Assembly: GCA_030704615.1 (NCBI GenBank)
Contig: CM060731.1
Coordinates: 85,312,001 to 85,376,000 of the forward strand
Length of the DNA: 64,000 nucleotides
Direction of reading: 5' to 3'
Origin: Takakia lepidozioides
Taxonomy: Eukaryota > Plantae > Bryophyta
How positions within the stretch are numbered: the first letter of the stretch is position 1; each line of letters begins with the position of its first letter. The notes under the pieces are model-generated. The model did no database searches. It was given only the letters and a program-made list of their open reading frames with translations, and was not told where the DNA came from. Shown one piece after another: positions 50,753 through 62,854 of this stretch. A program made the translations under genes and the position numbers.

Positions 50753-51376
50753 GTGAAGCAGGCGATCGTGGATCCCTTCGTGCTGCTGAATTGCCCACCT
50801 GGCACGGACGACATCAAGGTCATGGCAGAGGGACAACATGTATTTCTAAAGGACAAAGTAATTCGGGGCAGATTTGGTATCGACCCATTCTCTTTGGTTG
50901 TTGAAGAGGAGGAGATCAGTGCTGGTTCCGGCACAACATACCGCATTTTGGATCCAATTCGAGATAACGACCACAAATCCTGGGTTTTGCCTTTTACAGG
51001 TGAAGTGCGATATAGAGTGTTTGGTGTCCCTGCTACTTTGGATAGGAATTCCACGACACATGAACCTGCAATTGTTGCTTCTATTCCTCAGGCCCAACAA
51101 CCAAAAACGGAAAGCATTGAGCTGTCTAGCGGGGAGTCAGAGGATTGTGTTGTTTTGAAATCCAGCAGTGGAAGGGTGGAACCCAATTTGGTGAGATATG
51201 CCTCACCTCCAAAAAAGGTGCCGCGCCCCGAGTTTGTTGGCAAGAAGGCCACTTATGGACACTCGGGTCCCTCCATATTGGATATCCTTAAGCTTCTCCA
51301 TCTTGATTCCAAATCCCACTTGGGGAAGAGAAACTTTGAAGAAGTACAAGTGAAGCACGTGAAGTGCTTGCCAAGG
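50753..51376 (+). pseudogene. N-terminal part of MULE transposase, copy 3
   Basis: LNCPP...SILDILKLLHL...VKCLP aligns with VYCPP...SILEILQGLHM...VTCLP of copy 2. Confidence 0.7.
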
Positions 51377-51379
51377 ATC

Positions 51380-52977
51380 CTTTGTGTATGCTGTGAGTGG
51401 AGAGTAGAGAATGTTCCCTAACGGGATGGGTCTCTAAAACCGGCTTTCTATTCTGTAGTGGAAGGTCATCCTCCAACGTCTCTAGAGACATCTGAACAGT
51501 AGTTGTGGGCACTCTTAGTCCTCCGGCACCTTCACGGCGCCTGGGTGTGGTGCGGAGGTTCATGTCAGGCCTCCATGAATGAAGGTGTTCCTCGTCTTCT
51601 AAGTTGCCTAAAACAATCTTCCGCTTCGTTGTCCGAGTGAGAAGGTTGCCCTCGAGCCCAGGATTTCTACCATGGAGAGGAGTTCCCTCCACAAAACTTC
51701 TTACCGCCTTTGCCATCTTCAGAGGATCAGAAGACCGCGCTGCCGCCCGATGTAATAATTGTTGGCGGTCGGGACCAGAACCCTTTGCACCACCCTTTAG
51801 ATAAATATGGAAGGCCGATGATTGCAAAATAGCCCTTGTCATGTCGTCTTTGTTGGCTGTGTATAGGTCCACTTTTAAGACACCACTCCCGGCCTGCCAG
51901 CTCGCATGCACGGACTCGGACATGTTGACATTTGGCATTGTTGCGTCCTCTTCCAAATCCAATCCCTGCAGGTAAAATCTCCATCATGAGAACTACATTT
52001 GCATGGACAACAAAAAATGCAAGGTCTTAAGGTGAGGTTCATCGAAACGATATCGAGCCTGAAGTTATCAACACCGAATATAGCCATCGAATGCTTCATG
52101 ACACATAACCCAATCTTAAAGTCGGTGCAGACTATAAGCTACCCACAACAGTGCCATGTCTTACGCTATAGTCGGTGCTGACTATAGAGGGAATGTTCTA
52201 CTGAAGTGAGCTGCACAGATGGGACGCTATGTTATAGTCGGTGCAGACTATAATCCACAATAGTGGCATTCCAACCGAGGCCGGCGTTTCGAGGAATAAT
52301 TTGCTACTTGTTTTGTTATAGTCGGTGCAGACTATAAGTTGTGGACATAAGTGCCCTATGTTACGGTATCTTCGGTGCAAATTATACAACAAGTGTTCTG
52401 CTGCAGTGAAGCTCATGTGATCAGAGAAAATGTGTTAACATAAAGGATCAATGTTAAAATCTAATGTCATAGTCGGTGCAGACCATAAGGTAAAACAGTG
52501 CCGTTGCAACGCTATAGTCGGTGCAGACTACAGTGGAATAAGGTCTCCTCATATGTGCTCTGCTTCATGTCACCGGAGCGACTATGAAAGCAAGGTTTGG
52601 CTCATGTGAGCAGATCTACATCCGCTCACGGATTTTTTTGGAAGTAGAATAAACAAAGTTCTCGATGGAACCGTAATAGTCGGTACAGACTATGACAGTT
52701 TCACTTTTGCTCACGTGAGCATAACCCGAAAAAACTGGGCGTACGAAGATATTGCATGCAACAATTGAATGCTTACATTGTAGACATATGCCCTAAGTTG
52801 ATAGTAACGGTATGTCCACCATGACAGCCAGCTCTCCAACGCGGGAACATCTTCATCTTGAGCGGCACCAGAAGACGACCACCAAGCTCGGATGGCCAGA
52901 AATGAAACCTCCGCTTCTGCCTTAGTATTTGCTGCTCTCCACTTCGTACAAACACTAGAAGCATTGGTGTCATTTAC
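51380..52977 (-). pseudogene. Catalytic-E region of MULE transposase copy 3, inverted, with 811-bp intron (52776-51966)
   Basis: IRAWWSSSGA...WLSWWTYR | PNVNMSESVHASW...DDMTRAILQ matches copies 1 and 2. Confidence 0.8.
52117..52694. repeat. Intronic array of ~8 mini-hairpins TATAGTC-GGTGCA-GACTATA
   Basis: Copies at 52117, 52167, 52233, 52317, 52367, 52468, 52513, 52675. Confidence 0.85.
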
Positions 52978-53010
52978 CACTGGGGTAACGACTCATTTTG
53001 AGTCGTAAAA
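52978..53010. mobile_element. Probable CACTA-family (CACTG) terminus truncating MULE copy 3
   Basis: CACTGGGGTAACGACTCATTTTGAGTCGT sits at the point where transposase homology ends. Confidence 0.45.
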
Positions 53011-54079
53011 GTCAAAAAACTGGGATCGACTGGAAGTTACAACAGACTAGTTACAACATACATGGTAGTTGGGTTGGACATCCAATGATTGGAGTGGTAA
53101 AGGACGCAGACGCGCGAACAACTGCTCAGCGATTAATGCGATTAATGCTGAAGAACCACGTGGCGTAACCAGGCGGGCCGCCCGTGTGTCTGACCTTTTG
53201 GGCTGACTTTGACTTTTCCCTCCGGATGAGTGGACTGACTCACCCGGGGCGTGGTGACACATGGACGCGGACGTGGATGCGGACGTGGATGCTGATGTGG
53301 CGGCGCCGCGACGAGCGGCAATGCAGCCGCGTGGCCACGGGCCCAAGACGCCACATCGCAGTCGGCCACATCACTTGGAGTGTTGCATGTGACGTCGCAA
53401 CAGCCACTGGCGAAGTCAACTGCACAACTTCCAGCAGACGAATCCACGGGGACCACATGGAGAGTGTGTGGGTCGACGCGTGGCATCGTCCCCACGCAAT
53501 GGCAGTGATGGGTACGACTGCTAGTGGAAAGACGCAGAGTGCTTGTGCCATCTCGAGACTGCTTTGGCCAACTCCGCTGCCACTGTGCTAGTTGGTTGCA
53601 CTACAGTAGGAAAGCACGAAAAATGAGCACTTGTAGTGGTTTGTGTGAGTTTCCAACTGACCTGCATTCTAAGCTGAAAATATGGTTCTGATGCATTCTA
53701 CTGGTTTTAGTGGTTCACCCATATGCAGGGGGAATTGAGAAGCAATGATACTGGGCGAGACTGAGAACACAGACCACGATGCATGCACAACATCACGCTA
53801 ATGAACCAAATAGACGAGGCAACAGGGAGACCAAAGACCATCACACATACACATAGAAGGTGGACGGACACGACGACAAGTCAGGAAATGTGATATTACA
53901 TTCAAATTAGAGACCGTCACTGCACACCTGCATATGAGCAAGACTAAATGCCAACATACATGGTTGCCGGACATCACTTAAACTGTCATGGCCCAAATGT
54001 TCAAAATTGGTAACGTGAGTATCATACACACTTCTATGAGTATCATTACACACCCAACAGGGACTACAAGCATGAAATG

Positions 54080-57000
54080 TCACTTGATACTTTCACCTTT
54101 CCTCATACTCTTCTCTGGCCACAGAGTCACCGTGCCTTTCACGTGCGCTAGTGTGGTCTGGGGGGGGGCATCGTCCACATTTGGGCAAGGCAATGTAACA
54201 CTTGGAAGCATGATCTCGTGGACTTTCACCTTGTACCACCCGGATCGAATGTCCTTGCAGTGGAACTTGTCAACCCCGGCTATTCCCACCACTTCCGCCT
54301 TGGCGGCGGCTGTCTTTGACCGCTTGTCATGGGGGTTCAGGAGAAACACAGGATCTGATATCTGCAGACACCAACATCAGGGTCCACTCAGCAACAAACA
54401 TAGCAATGACAGGGTGAAAGTCAAGCGCAGCTGGGCATGGAAACGATCTTGGTTGCCACAATACTGAATCAGCAGACAATTCACGGTGTACCAACGTACC
54501 TTGAAGCGAAGCTTGTCGCTGAGGGTGGCAACTGAGGAAAGCTGCCCACGTGTCTTCAACTGCAGCAGCAAAAAGAGGTTTAGTGAGATGGATAAGAATA
54601 ACATGAACTCTGGTGGTTGCAATGGTATAAACACACCTCCACGGAGCAAGCTAACAAACACCCTGCTCAGACCCTAGCACTACAACTTCCTGGCAAAAAT
54701 AACCCTACTAAAAACTAGCCAGGCAAAGCAAGGAGCCATGAATGCATGCCTGGGGGACCACGTCCTGCTGCGATGATGGTGCCGGGGACAGCCCACTCCT
54801 CTTGCTCACCTGCAATGAATACACATTGCAACGCTTCAGGAAGTGTATCCATAAAGGAAACCAACCAAGTAAGTTTGCGGAGAGGGGCTGGGAACAACCA
54901 TACCTTGGGCGCTGCCTCCTCATGCCGGGGGGGGGAATCCGGAATGCTGCCGCCGTAGCACTATGGTTGTAGGCGCAGGACCCACCTTCTTCACATTCGA
55001 CCCCACTGCCACTCCCTGTACATGTGGTCCCTGCAAAACATATAGTGCCAGCCTTGCGTGAGAGGGCATCCGGGGGGAACAAAACAAACATGGACTTTGG
55101 CTTCGATGTCATGTTGCAAACAATAAGGTTAGTTTCACCTGCATGGGCGCAGAAGTACTTCCCCCAACGACCCCATCCTCTCCCACATTCAAGCTGCCAG
55201 TCGGGGTCAGCTTCCGCGTGCTTGTGAAGACACGCACATCCTTGGAGCAAAACAAATCTTGGCAGTAGGGCCAGACTGTTTCTAAAAGGTAGTCTGAATC
55301 GGGCCCCTCACTGACATTGCCAGTGACATCAAACGACAGTGGATGGACCATGTTCAAAGGGGAGTTCCCCCTCTCCCCTTGTGTGGTGAATCATCCACTA
55401 GGAGGGTATTGGATTCGTTAAATCCAGAAAATTCCGACCACACCCTTGACAGTCTCTTTTGTAAGTTCTGTACGGCAGGCCCTTTTGTGGGGTGTGGCTT
55501 TGTCAAGGGGTCACACTCCTCTTGTGACCACACAAAGAGGGGAGAACCCTTGACCCCCTGCATGACCACTTTGAAGATGTCTGCAACATTCCCTTGGAAG
55601 CACAGGACCATATCCCAACGTAGAAATACCGGAAGAGAAGGTTTAAAAACTCGCAGACCTAGGGCCTTGGGAAAACATACTTGTTGGTGGTCAACACCCA
55701 TGGCCAATGACGCCTTGGGTTGGGCTGAAAGTTAGGAATAGAGTGGCACAGGATCCCGTTCAGGTCTAGAACAATTAGTTTCGACTTTTCTATGAAAGGA
55801 GCTTTTGAAGGGGTGTCACGGGGTCTCACCTCAGTGGGTTGGGAGACAACAGTCACCCCGGAGGGCAAAGTTTTGGTCCCCCTGCAGCCTGGACCAGACA
55901 AACTACCACCCTCTCCCCCTACAGCTTCCCCTTTTCCCCCATCATGAGCAATGACCCCCCCATCGTCCATGTCATCCCCACCAACTTGCTGGACCTCTCC
56001 CTCTTCAACCCTGCCCCCCACTGTGAATATCATCAACAACAGCCCGGACCTCTGTCACATCCCTACCCACTACAATTACTTCCTCCTACAACCACCCAGC
56101 ATATTTGTAAGCGCCAAACACCACAAAAACGAGTTGTTGCCACCACAATTTGGTTAAGAATGTATCACCTTTTCTGTTGCATCCACACAGGATGTGGCTA
56201 GACGATGGAGCTTCTCCAATGTCATCGTGGGCTTCAAAGCGCGGGAGTAGTGCTTTCCCACCTCCACCAGAAAGTCGGCACCAAGGGCGGGATCAGCTAT
56301 GGCCACGTACTTTACCATCCGCGACTTGTACTTTATGCGGGCCCTGGCCTCCGCAGCTTTGAGATACGATTTGAGTGCCGGGAGGGTTAGATTCTTCTCC
56401 TCTGACTCCATGTAGAACCTCCGCGCATGTGCCAAATCCTGCTAAATTTTCGTCTGTCACCTGCTCAACACTTTTTCTTCTATTGGGGGAGGAGAGACAT
56501 ATTAGCTCAACAAAACATTTAGGAGCTTTACCCGAAATATGTAATCCACCATGGCGTCCACGCTCAGCCTATACTAGGTTCTGTCTGCCTTTGCCTCCGA
56601 CTTGCGTAGGAGGTCGGCACTGAGCGAATTGGCAAACTCTTGCACCCCCTGCTTCCCGACATCTTTCACTCGGAAGAGCATATGGGACAAGTTGGTGGCA
56701 ATGAAGGCATTCTCAGTCACCCTGCAATGCCACATTTCCATCAAACAATACTGAAATGGGAATTTTCAACAAATATGAGGATTCGCAATGAAATGACTTA
56801 CAAATTTTGGGTCCAAAAGCAAGAGGCGTTGTAACTTACGAGTTGATGTCCGCCATTGCAGCTTTGAGAAGACTGCGATCGTTGGGCCCCGCAACCTTCA
56901 TCACAACACACTCCACGGCGAAATGCCAATCGAGGTCGTTGGGGTGGGCTTCGGCTATGTGCTCCATCCATGCCAGGAGGCGATGATTGCCGTCCCACAC

Positions 57001-57456
57001 TTAAAACATCTTTCCGGACAAGTGCTGGAAAAGAGGATAGGTAGCAATCGATCTCTCGAACTCCTCATTTCGCCTTTGCCAATGGGGACCCCATTTGTCC
57101 ACCTCATCGGAAGTGTGGGCACGGGAAGCTCCGTGGTCGTTCTCAATGGAAACGTAAAACGCGGCAGACCCCATTCGATATCCATCCCGGAAAGAGAATT
57201 TCAGCTTGTCGATATTGCCTGGGAGGGCAGGTCTCACCACCTGCAATGACACCAAGCGGCAAAGAGGAATTCGAAGCTTGGCCGGGTACACCATGCCCCC
57301 CCCCACCCTGCCAATCTTGCTATGGGTTGCCTCCAACATCTTGGCAGCGGCCAACTTCATATCCGCCTCCGACATGACGTCTGCTGCAGAGGGGTTCTCC
57401 GGCAGCCCACCAGGACCGCCAAATCCAGCCTGTATGCTGCGGGTTTGGGGCCTGGG
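54080..57456 (-). pseudogene. Multi-exon pseudogene: ParB/Sulfiredoxin-like domain, helical region, FCP1/NIF HAD phosphatase, TnpA-like C-terminal domain; 5' end cut by gypsy insertion
   Basis: VVRP...F*VWDGNHRLLAW...AAMADIN (DGNHR at 56994-56980); LIVLDLNGIL (55766), FPRP*VCEFL, VGIWSC, FVWSQEEC, NTLLVDDSPHK; terminal WYKVKVHEIMLPSVTLPCP...TLAHVKGTVTLW; GT-AG introns. Confidence 0.7.
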
Positions 57457-58184
57457 TGTCGCGGCCCTTTGCCTTGAGGGCAGGGGGTCGGGACACATGA
57501 GGGGCTGCCCCTGTGGTGGGGGCAGCGGCAGCGATAGGTATGGGGAGGCTGAAGCACCCTTGAGTGCCCAAGGCACTCAAGGAGGTGGAGGCGCTCACTA
57601 GGTGGAGCCCCGCACACCGGGTTGCGGTGGGGGTGGCTCCACAAGGGGTGGTGGTAGCTTAGCGGGACTTAGTGGGGGTGGCATAGGACTCACCATAGGG
57701 TGGAGACCTCGTGGTGGGAGTCGTGGGGAGTCTTGGGACTCATCACGGCCCAATGGGGTCGTGGTGAGAGGGCCAAGACTCACCGCGACTCACCACCGGG
57801 AGTCGAGGGTCTTCGTGGTGGTTCGCCATAAAATGGCATGGCTGGTTGTGAAACCCCCGCGGACAGCTACAGAAGTATATATAGGGAGTAGTAACCCCGA
57901 GAACGGTGCAAGCCCGTTGGTGTCCAAAAACTAGTGAGTAAGCAAGCGAGCCGGAAAGTGACCAAAGAGTGGGGAGCTGTTCCGGACTGTCATCTACCAA
58001 AGGGAATTCCACTAGGCCCAAATAGGTGGAGGGTCTTTCGGGAGAGCGAAGGGGGACCGTTATGTCCCGGTGAGCAGCCGAAGCTCCGAGTTGGCCTGGC
58101 GGCCAGGTTGGGAGTCAGGCGCGCACATCAAAGCGAGGAACTATGACTTGAAGGGGAGCTTACCGAAGTGAGGTGCGCGACACT

Positions 58185-58196
58185 TGGTATCAGAGC
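58185..58196 (+). promoter_or_regulatory. Primer-binding site, tRNA-iMet
   Basis: TGGTATCAGAGC 2 nt after the LTR end. Confidence 0.9.
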
Positions 58197-58237
58197 TTAG
58201 AGTTCAGTACGCGATTGTCCTTGGGATTGGCCTCATC

Positions 58238-61200
58238 ATGGGGTCGGGCAAGCCAAAGCGAAAGCGGAACGGCCCAAAAGATGATGACCCTGGTGAGCCC
58301 GATGGGGGCGACGTGTCATCGAGGCGGCCGTTTGAGGAAGCGATGCATGCTTCTGAAAATGAGGCCGCGCAAGAGCGGGAGGAATCTGAGGAGTCGGAGC
58401 CCGAGGAATCCTTGAGAGCTCCGACAAACCTACAGATGCCCCCCATGCCGGCAGCCTTTTGGGAAGGGTTGCTGGCGCAGTTTGGCGGGACATTGAAAGA
58501 CGTGTTGAAGGCGGCTAATGCCACTTCCACTAAGGCGAAGTTTAAGGTGAAGCCTAAGGAACCCGGCACCTTCGAGGGCGTCTGAAATCGGAAGGCACTC
58601 AACACCTGGCTCTTGGAGCTAGAGCAGTACTTCCGGGCGGCCAAGTTGAGTGACGAGGATCGGGTGGAAGTGGCTCCCACCTATTTGAGGGGCTATGCTC
58701 AACAATGGTGGTAGAAACGCCTTCACGACCGAGGTCCAAGCCCGGAAACCTTGAGCTGGAGTGGGTTCAAGGAATTGATGAAGAGACAGTTTGTGCCCCT
58801 CAACGCGTCCTGGCTCGCCCGGGACAAGATGAGGAATTTGAAGCAAACAGATGACATTCGGGGATATGTCCAGGCTTTCAATATGCTATTGCTCGAAGTC
58901 GTGGACATGGCAGAACTAGAAATGGTCTTCAACTTTGTGGCGGGACTGGCCCCATGGGCCAGGCGGAAGTTGGAGGAGAAGCCACCCAAGACTTTGAACG
59001 AGGCTATTGAGAGGGCTGAATGTTTCTCAGATGTCCCTAGGGGTGAAAGACAAGGCCGTACGGAGCTGAACCACAAGAAGATTCGGCGGGAAGGTGACTC
59101 CTCCCGACCGGAAAAGAAGTGGGATAGGCCACGCGGCGAAAATGGCACGTGGAAATCGAAGGGAGGTCCTTCACACGTCAAGGCGGCACCCGGTGCTTCA
59201 AAAGGAAAAGCGGGTGGAGCGGCTTATGGCGGACAGAAGGCAACCTTTGATGGAGTGTGTTTCAATTGCAGGGAGCCCGGGCACATGGCCAAGAAGTGCA
59301 CAAAACCTCGACAATTGAATATGACTCGGGCAACCACGGAGCTGTCGGAAGATACCATCAGTCGCTTGGTGGAAGCGGTGGTCGCCAGGACTTGCAAAGT
59401 AGGCAAATTTTCTTGTGAGTTGTATCAGGAAACCGGCGCCTTACAAAAAGGGAGTCAGTTATTGTTCGTGGATGGGATAATATCCGGAACTAATGTGTCG
59501 TTGTTGGTGGACACAGGAGCGTCGCACTCCTTCATGACACCGGCAATGGCACAAAAGCTGGGACTCCCGACAAGTGACGTGGGGGCCTCTATTGAGGTGC
59601 GTTCTGCCAAAGGAGAACCACAGTTGGCGACAAGGTTGGCGATTGATGTTCCTCTTCAACTGGGGAGTTGGGAGGGACGTGAGAACTTCACCATCTGCGA
59701 GATCGATGGAGTGGATCTCATTTTGGGGATGACCTTTTTGAGCAAATCCGGAGCGGTCATAGATGGCCGCAAGAGAGTAGTCACGCTGCCATGTGGGAAT
59801 GGTGGCGAGGTTTTACGAGTGTCAGAAACGCCCAAATCCGTGGGAGGGCGAATAAACCTTCTGTCAGCAAGGGAGTGGGCCGTGGAGGAGACACACGAAC
59901 CCCAGTTTTTGCTTTACATTAGAGAAGTGAAGGGAGAAGGCAATGGGGAGCCGAGCCCAGATTGGATCAAGGGGATTTTGGAGAAATACCAGGATGTGAT
60001 GCCGGAGGATTTACCAAGCGGCTTGCCACCGCGAAGAGGAGTTGACCACAAGATTGAGGTGATACCGGGAACGGAACCGCCTGCCAAGGCACCCTACCGG
60101 TTAAGCCACAGGGAGTTGGTCGAGCTGAAGACTCAGCTCAAGGATCTAATGTCAAAGGGGTACATCCGGCCGAGTAAGTCACCTTACGGAGCCCCGGTGC
60201 TATTCGCAGACAAGAAGGATGGGACGCTGCGGATGTGTGTCGATTACAGGGCTCTGAATAAGGTGACTATCAAAAACCGGTACCCTTTGCTAAGGATCGA
60301 CGACCTCTTCGATCGGTTGGCAGGAACGAAGTATTTCAGCCGGATCGACTTGCGCTCCGGCTATCATCAAATTTGGGTGGCGGAAGGAGATGAGGAGAAG
60401 ACCGCGTGCAGGACAAGGTATGGTTCATATGAGTTCTTGGTGATGCCTTTTGGGCTCACCAATGCACCAGCGACATTTAGCACGCTGATGAACAACCTTT
60501 TCCAGGAGTGGTTGGATGACTTTGTGATCGTGTACATCGACGACATCTTGGTGTATTCGAAAACAAAGGAGGAGCACCTGGAGCACCTCAAAAGGGTGTT
60601 CCAAAAATTGCGAGAAGGGAAGCTGTATGCCAAAGCTTCAAAGTGCGAATTCGGGGTCACAAAAGTGGAGTTCATGGGGCATGTGATTACACAGGATGGG
60701 ATCAAAATGGATGACAGAAAGGTGAGGGCGATCTTGGACTGGGAGCCTCCGACTTCGGTCCCGGGAGTGCGATCCTTCCTAGGACTTGCCTCCTATTACC
60801 GGAAGTATGTGAGAAATTTCGCCAAGATCGTGGGGCCGCTGTCGGACCTTCTGTGTAAATCTAAAGTCTGGGCATGGAACACCTTTTGTGGCCAAGCTTT
60901 TGCTGAATTGAAGCAGCGGATGGCGGAAGCTCCAGTCTTGAAAATCCCGGAGTTCGATCGTCCATTTGAGATTCATACAGATGCGTCGGACTTCGCGATT
61001 GGGGGTGTACTTATGCAAGATGGACGTCTAGTGGCTTACGAAAGTAAGAAACTGAATGAAGTGGAGCGACGGTGGCCGACGCACGAAAAAGAGATGAAGG
61101 CGGTGGTGCATGGCCTTGAGCTTTGGCGCCACTATGTTGGTTCCAACCCAGTGAAGGTGTTCACGGACAATGTCACAGTGAAGTATTTTGCCACGCAGCC

Positions 61201-62854
61201 CAAGTTGTCCCCAAAACAACTTAGGTGGCAAGATACTTTGGCGGTGTTCGACGTGGATATCCAGTACAAACTGGGACGGGACAATGTGGTGGCCGATGCT
61301 TTAAGTAGAAAGCAGCAGCTCTTGTTGGTGTACAAGGGCGAGTCGGCACTCCAAAGGAAGATCCGGAAGGCTTGCCGGAAGGATGAGCTGGCGAAGTCCG
61401 TGATGTAGGACTTGAGGATGGGGGTTAAATCGCAGTTCCACTTGCAAAATGGACTGCTCCGGTATAAGCAAAAACGTCTCTACGTGCCAAAGGGAGGGAT
61501 CAGAGATAGCCTTTTGAGAGAATGTCATGATAGCCCGCTTGCGGGCCACGGCGGAGCCAAGCGCACTGCGGCACTCTTGAAGAAAGGGTATTTCTGGCCC
61601 AAACTGAGGGAGGAGGCAGAGGAGTATGTCAAGACATGCACCACATGCCAACAAAACCGGAGCGAGTACAAAAAGCAAGCGGGGCTGTTACAACCCTTGC
61701 CGATTCCAGAGGGGACTTTGGAAAGCGTCTCGATGGATTTCATGACTGCTATGCCGCTGTCAAAAGGATTCGATGCAATCATGGTGGTGGTGGATAGGTT
61801 CAGTAAAATGGGCCATTTCATCCCCACCAAGGAGACGGCAACGGCGCAGGAGATAAGGCGACTTTACTTCGCCCACGTCTTAAAGCATCATGGAGTCCCG
61901 AAGGATATTGTCTCGGACCGCGATCCAAAGTTTACGAGTAAATTCTGGAGAGCACTTTGGAAGAAGATGGGGACGAGGCTGAAGATGAGCACCGCCTTCC
62001 GACCTACGACGGACGGCCAAACGGAAAGAGTGAATTCCGTAGTGAAGCAATTCTTGCGGAATTACGTGTCGGCAGACCAATCAGACTGGATGGAACACTT
62101 AGACGCGGCAGAGTTATGTTATAATAACACAGAACACTCCGCAACGGGAGTTTCCCCTTTCGTATTGGTCTATGGAAAAGCACCTCTGGTGCCGACAAGT
62201 TGGGCCGCCCAGGACGTTGAGGAACCGGAAGTAGCGGCGGTACTGGAAGAACGCGAGCGTTTGTTGAAGCTCGCAAAGTACAATAATGCCAAAGCTAGGA
62301 AACGGTATGAAAGGCAGGCGAATCGGAAGCGGAGGGAAGTGAAGTTTGAGGCAGGCACAGAGGTCTGGTTGAACATCAAGAATTTCCAACTACCTCCGGA
62401 AGTAAGTCCGAAGTTCGTACCTCCGTATGCGGGACCCTTTCGCATTCGGAAGGTTATGAATGAGGATGTGTATGAATTGGAGCTGCCGGCAAACAGCAAA
62501 GTGCACCCAGTATTCCATGTCTCCCTTTTGAAGCCTTACTTCAAAGATGAAGTGCGTCCGAATCGGCATCAAGTGTTGCGTCCGCCACCTATGCTGTTGG
62601 ATCATGAAAATGAACCTGAGTACGAGGTGGAGACAATACTTAAGTCGAGGAGGTTCAGGAACCGAGAAACGGAGTATCTCGTCAAATGGAAGGGCTATCA
62701 TCATGTGGAGGCATCTTGGGTGCGTGCTCAGAAATGGGAAACGCATCCGAGGCGGTTGCAGCTTTCGAAGGGCGACCTCAAAAGCGGAAGAAGCGTTGAT
62801 GGGGACATCAACCTTGGAGCGTGGGGGAGGAAATGCATGCTTAGCCCGGCTTAG
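58238..62854 (+). pseudogene. gag-pol polyprotein with in-frame stops (58583, ~58711, 61406) and a terminal frameshift
   Basis: ORFs 58184-58585, 58751-61408 and 61412-62854 share one frame. Confidence 0.9.

Noticed and set aside
52117-52694. CRISPR-like repeat-spacer array
   Set aside because: Spacers vary widely in length and several share ACAGTGCC...ACGC, indicating a decayed tandem repeat in an intron.
54080-57456. Bacterial contamination as the source of the ParB and MTase motifs
   Set aside because: The genes have GT-AG introns and are interleaved with plant retrotransposons.
57457-57576. N-terminus MPWALKGAS... of ORF 57001-57576
   Set aside because: It is antisense LTR sequence, repeated at 63703-63822; the gene is interrupted at 57456.
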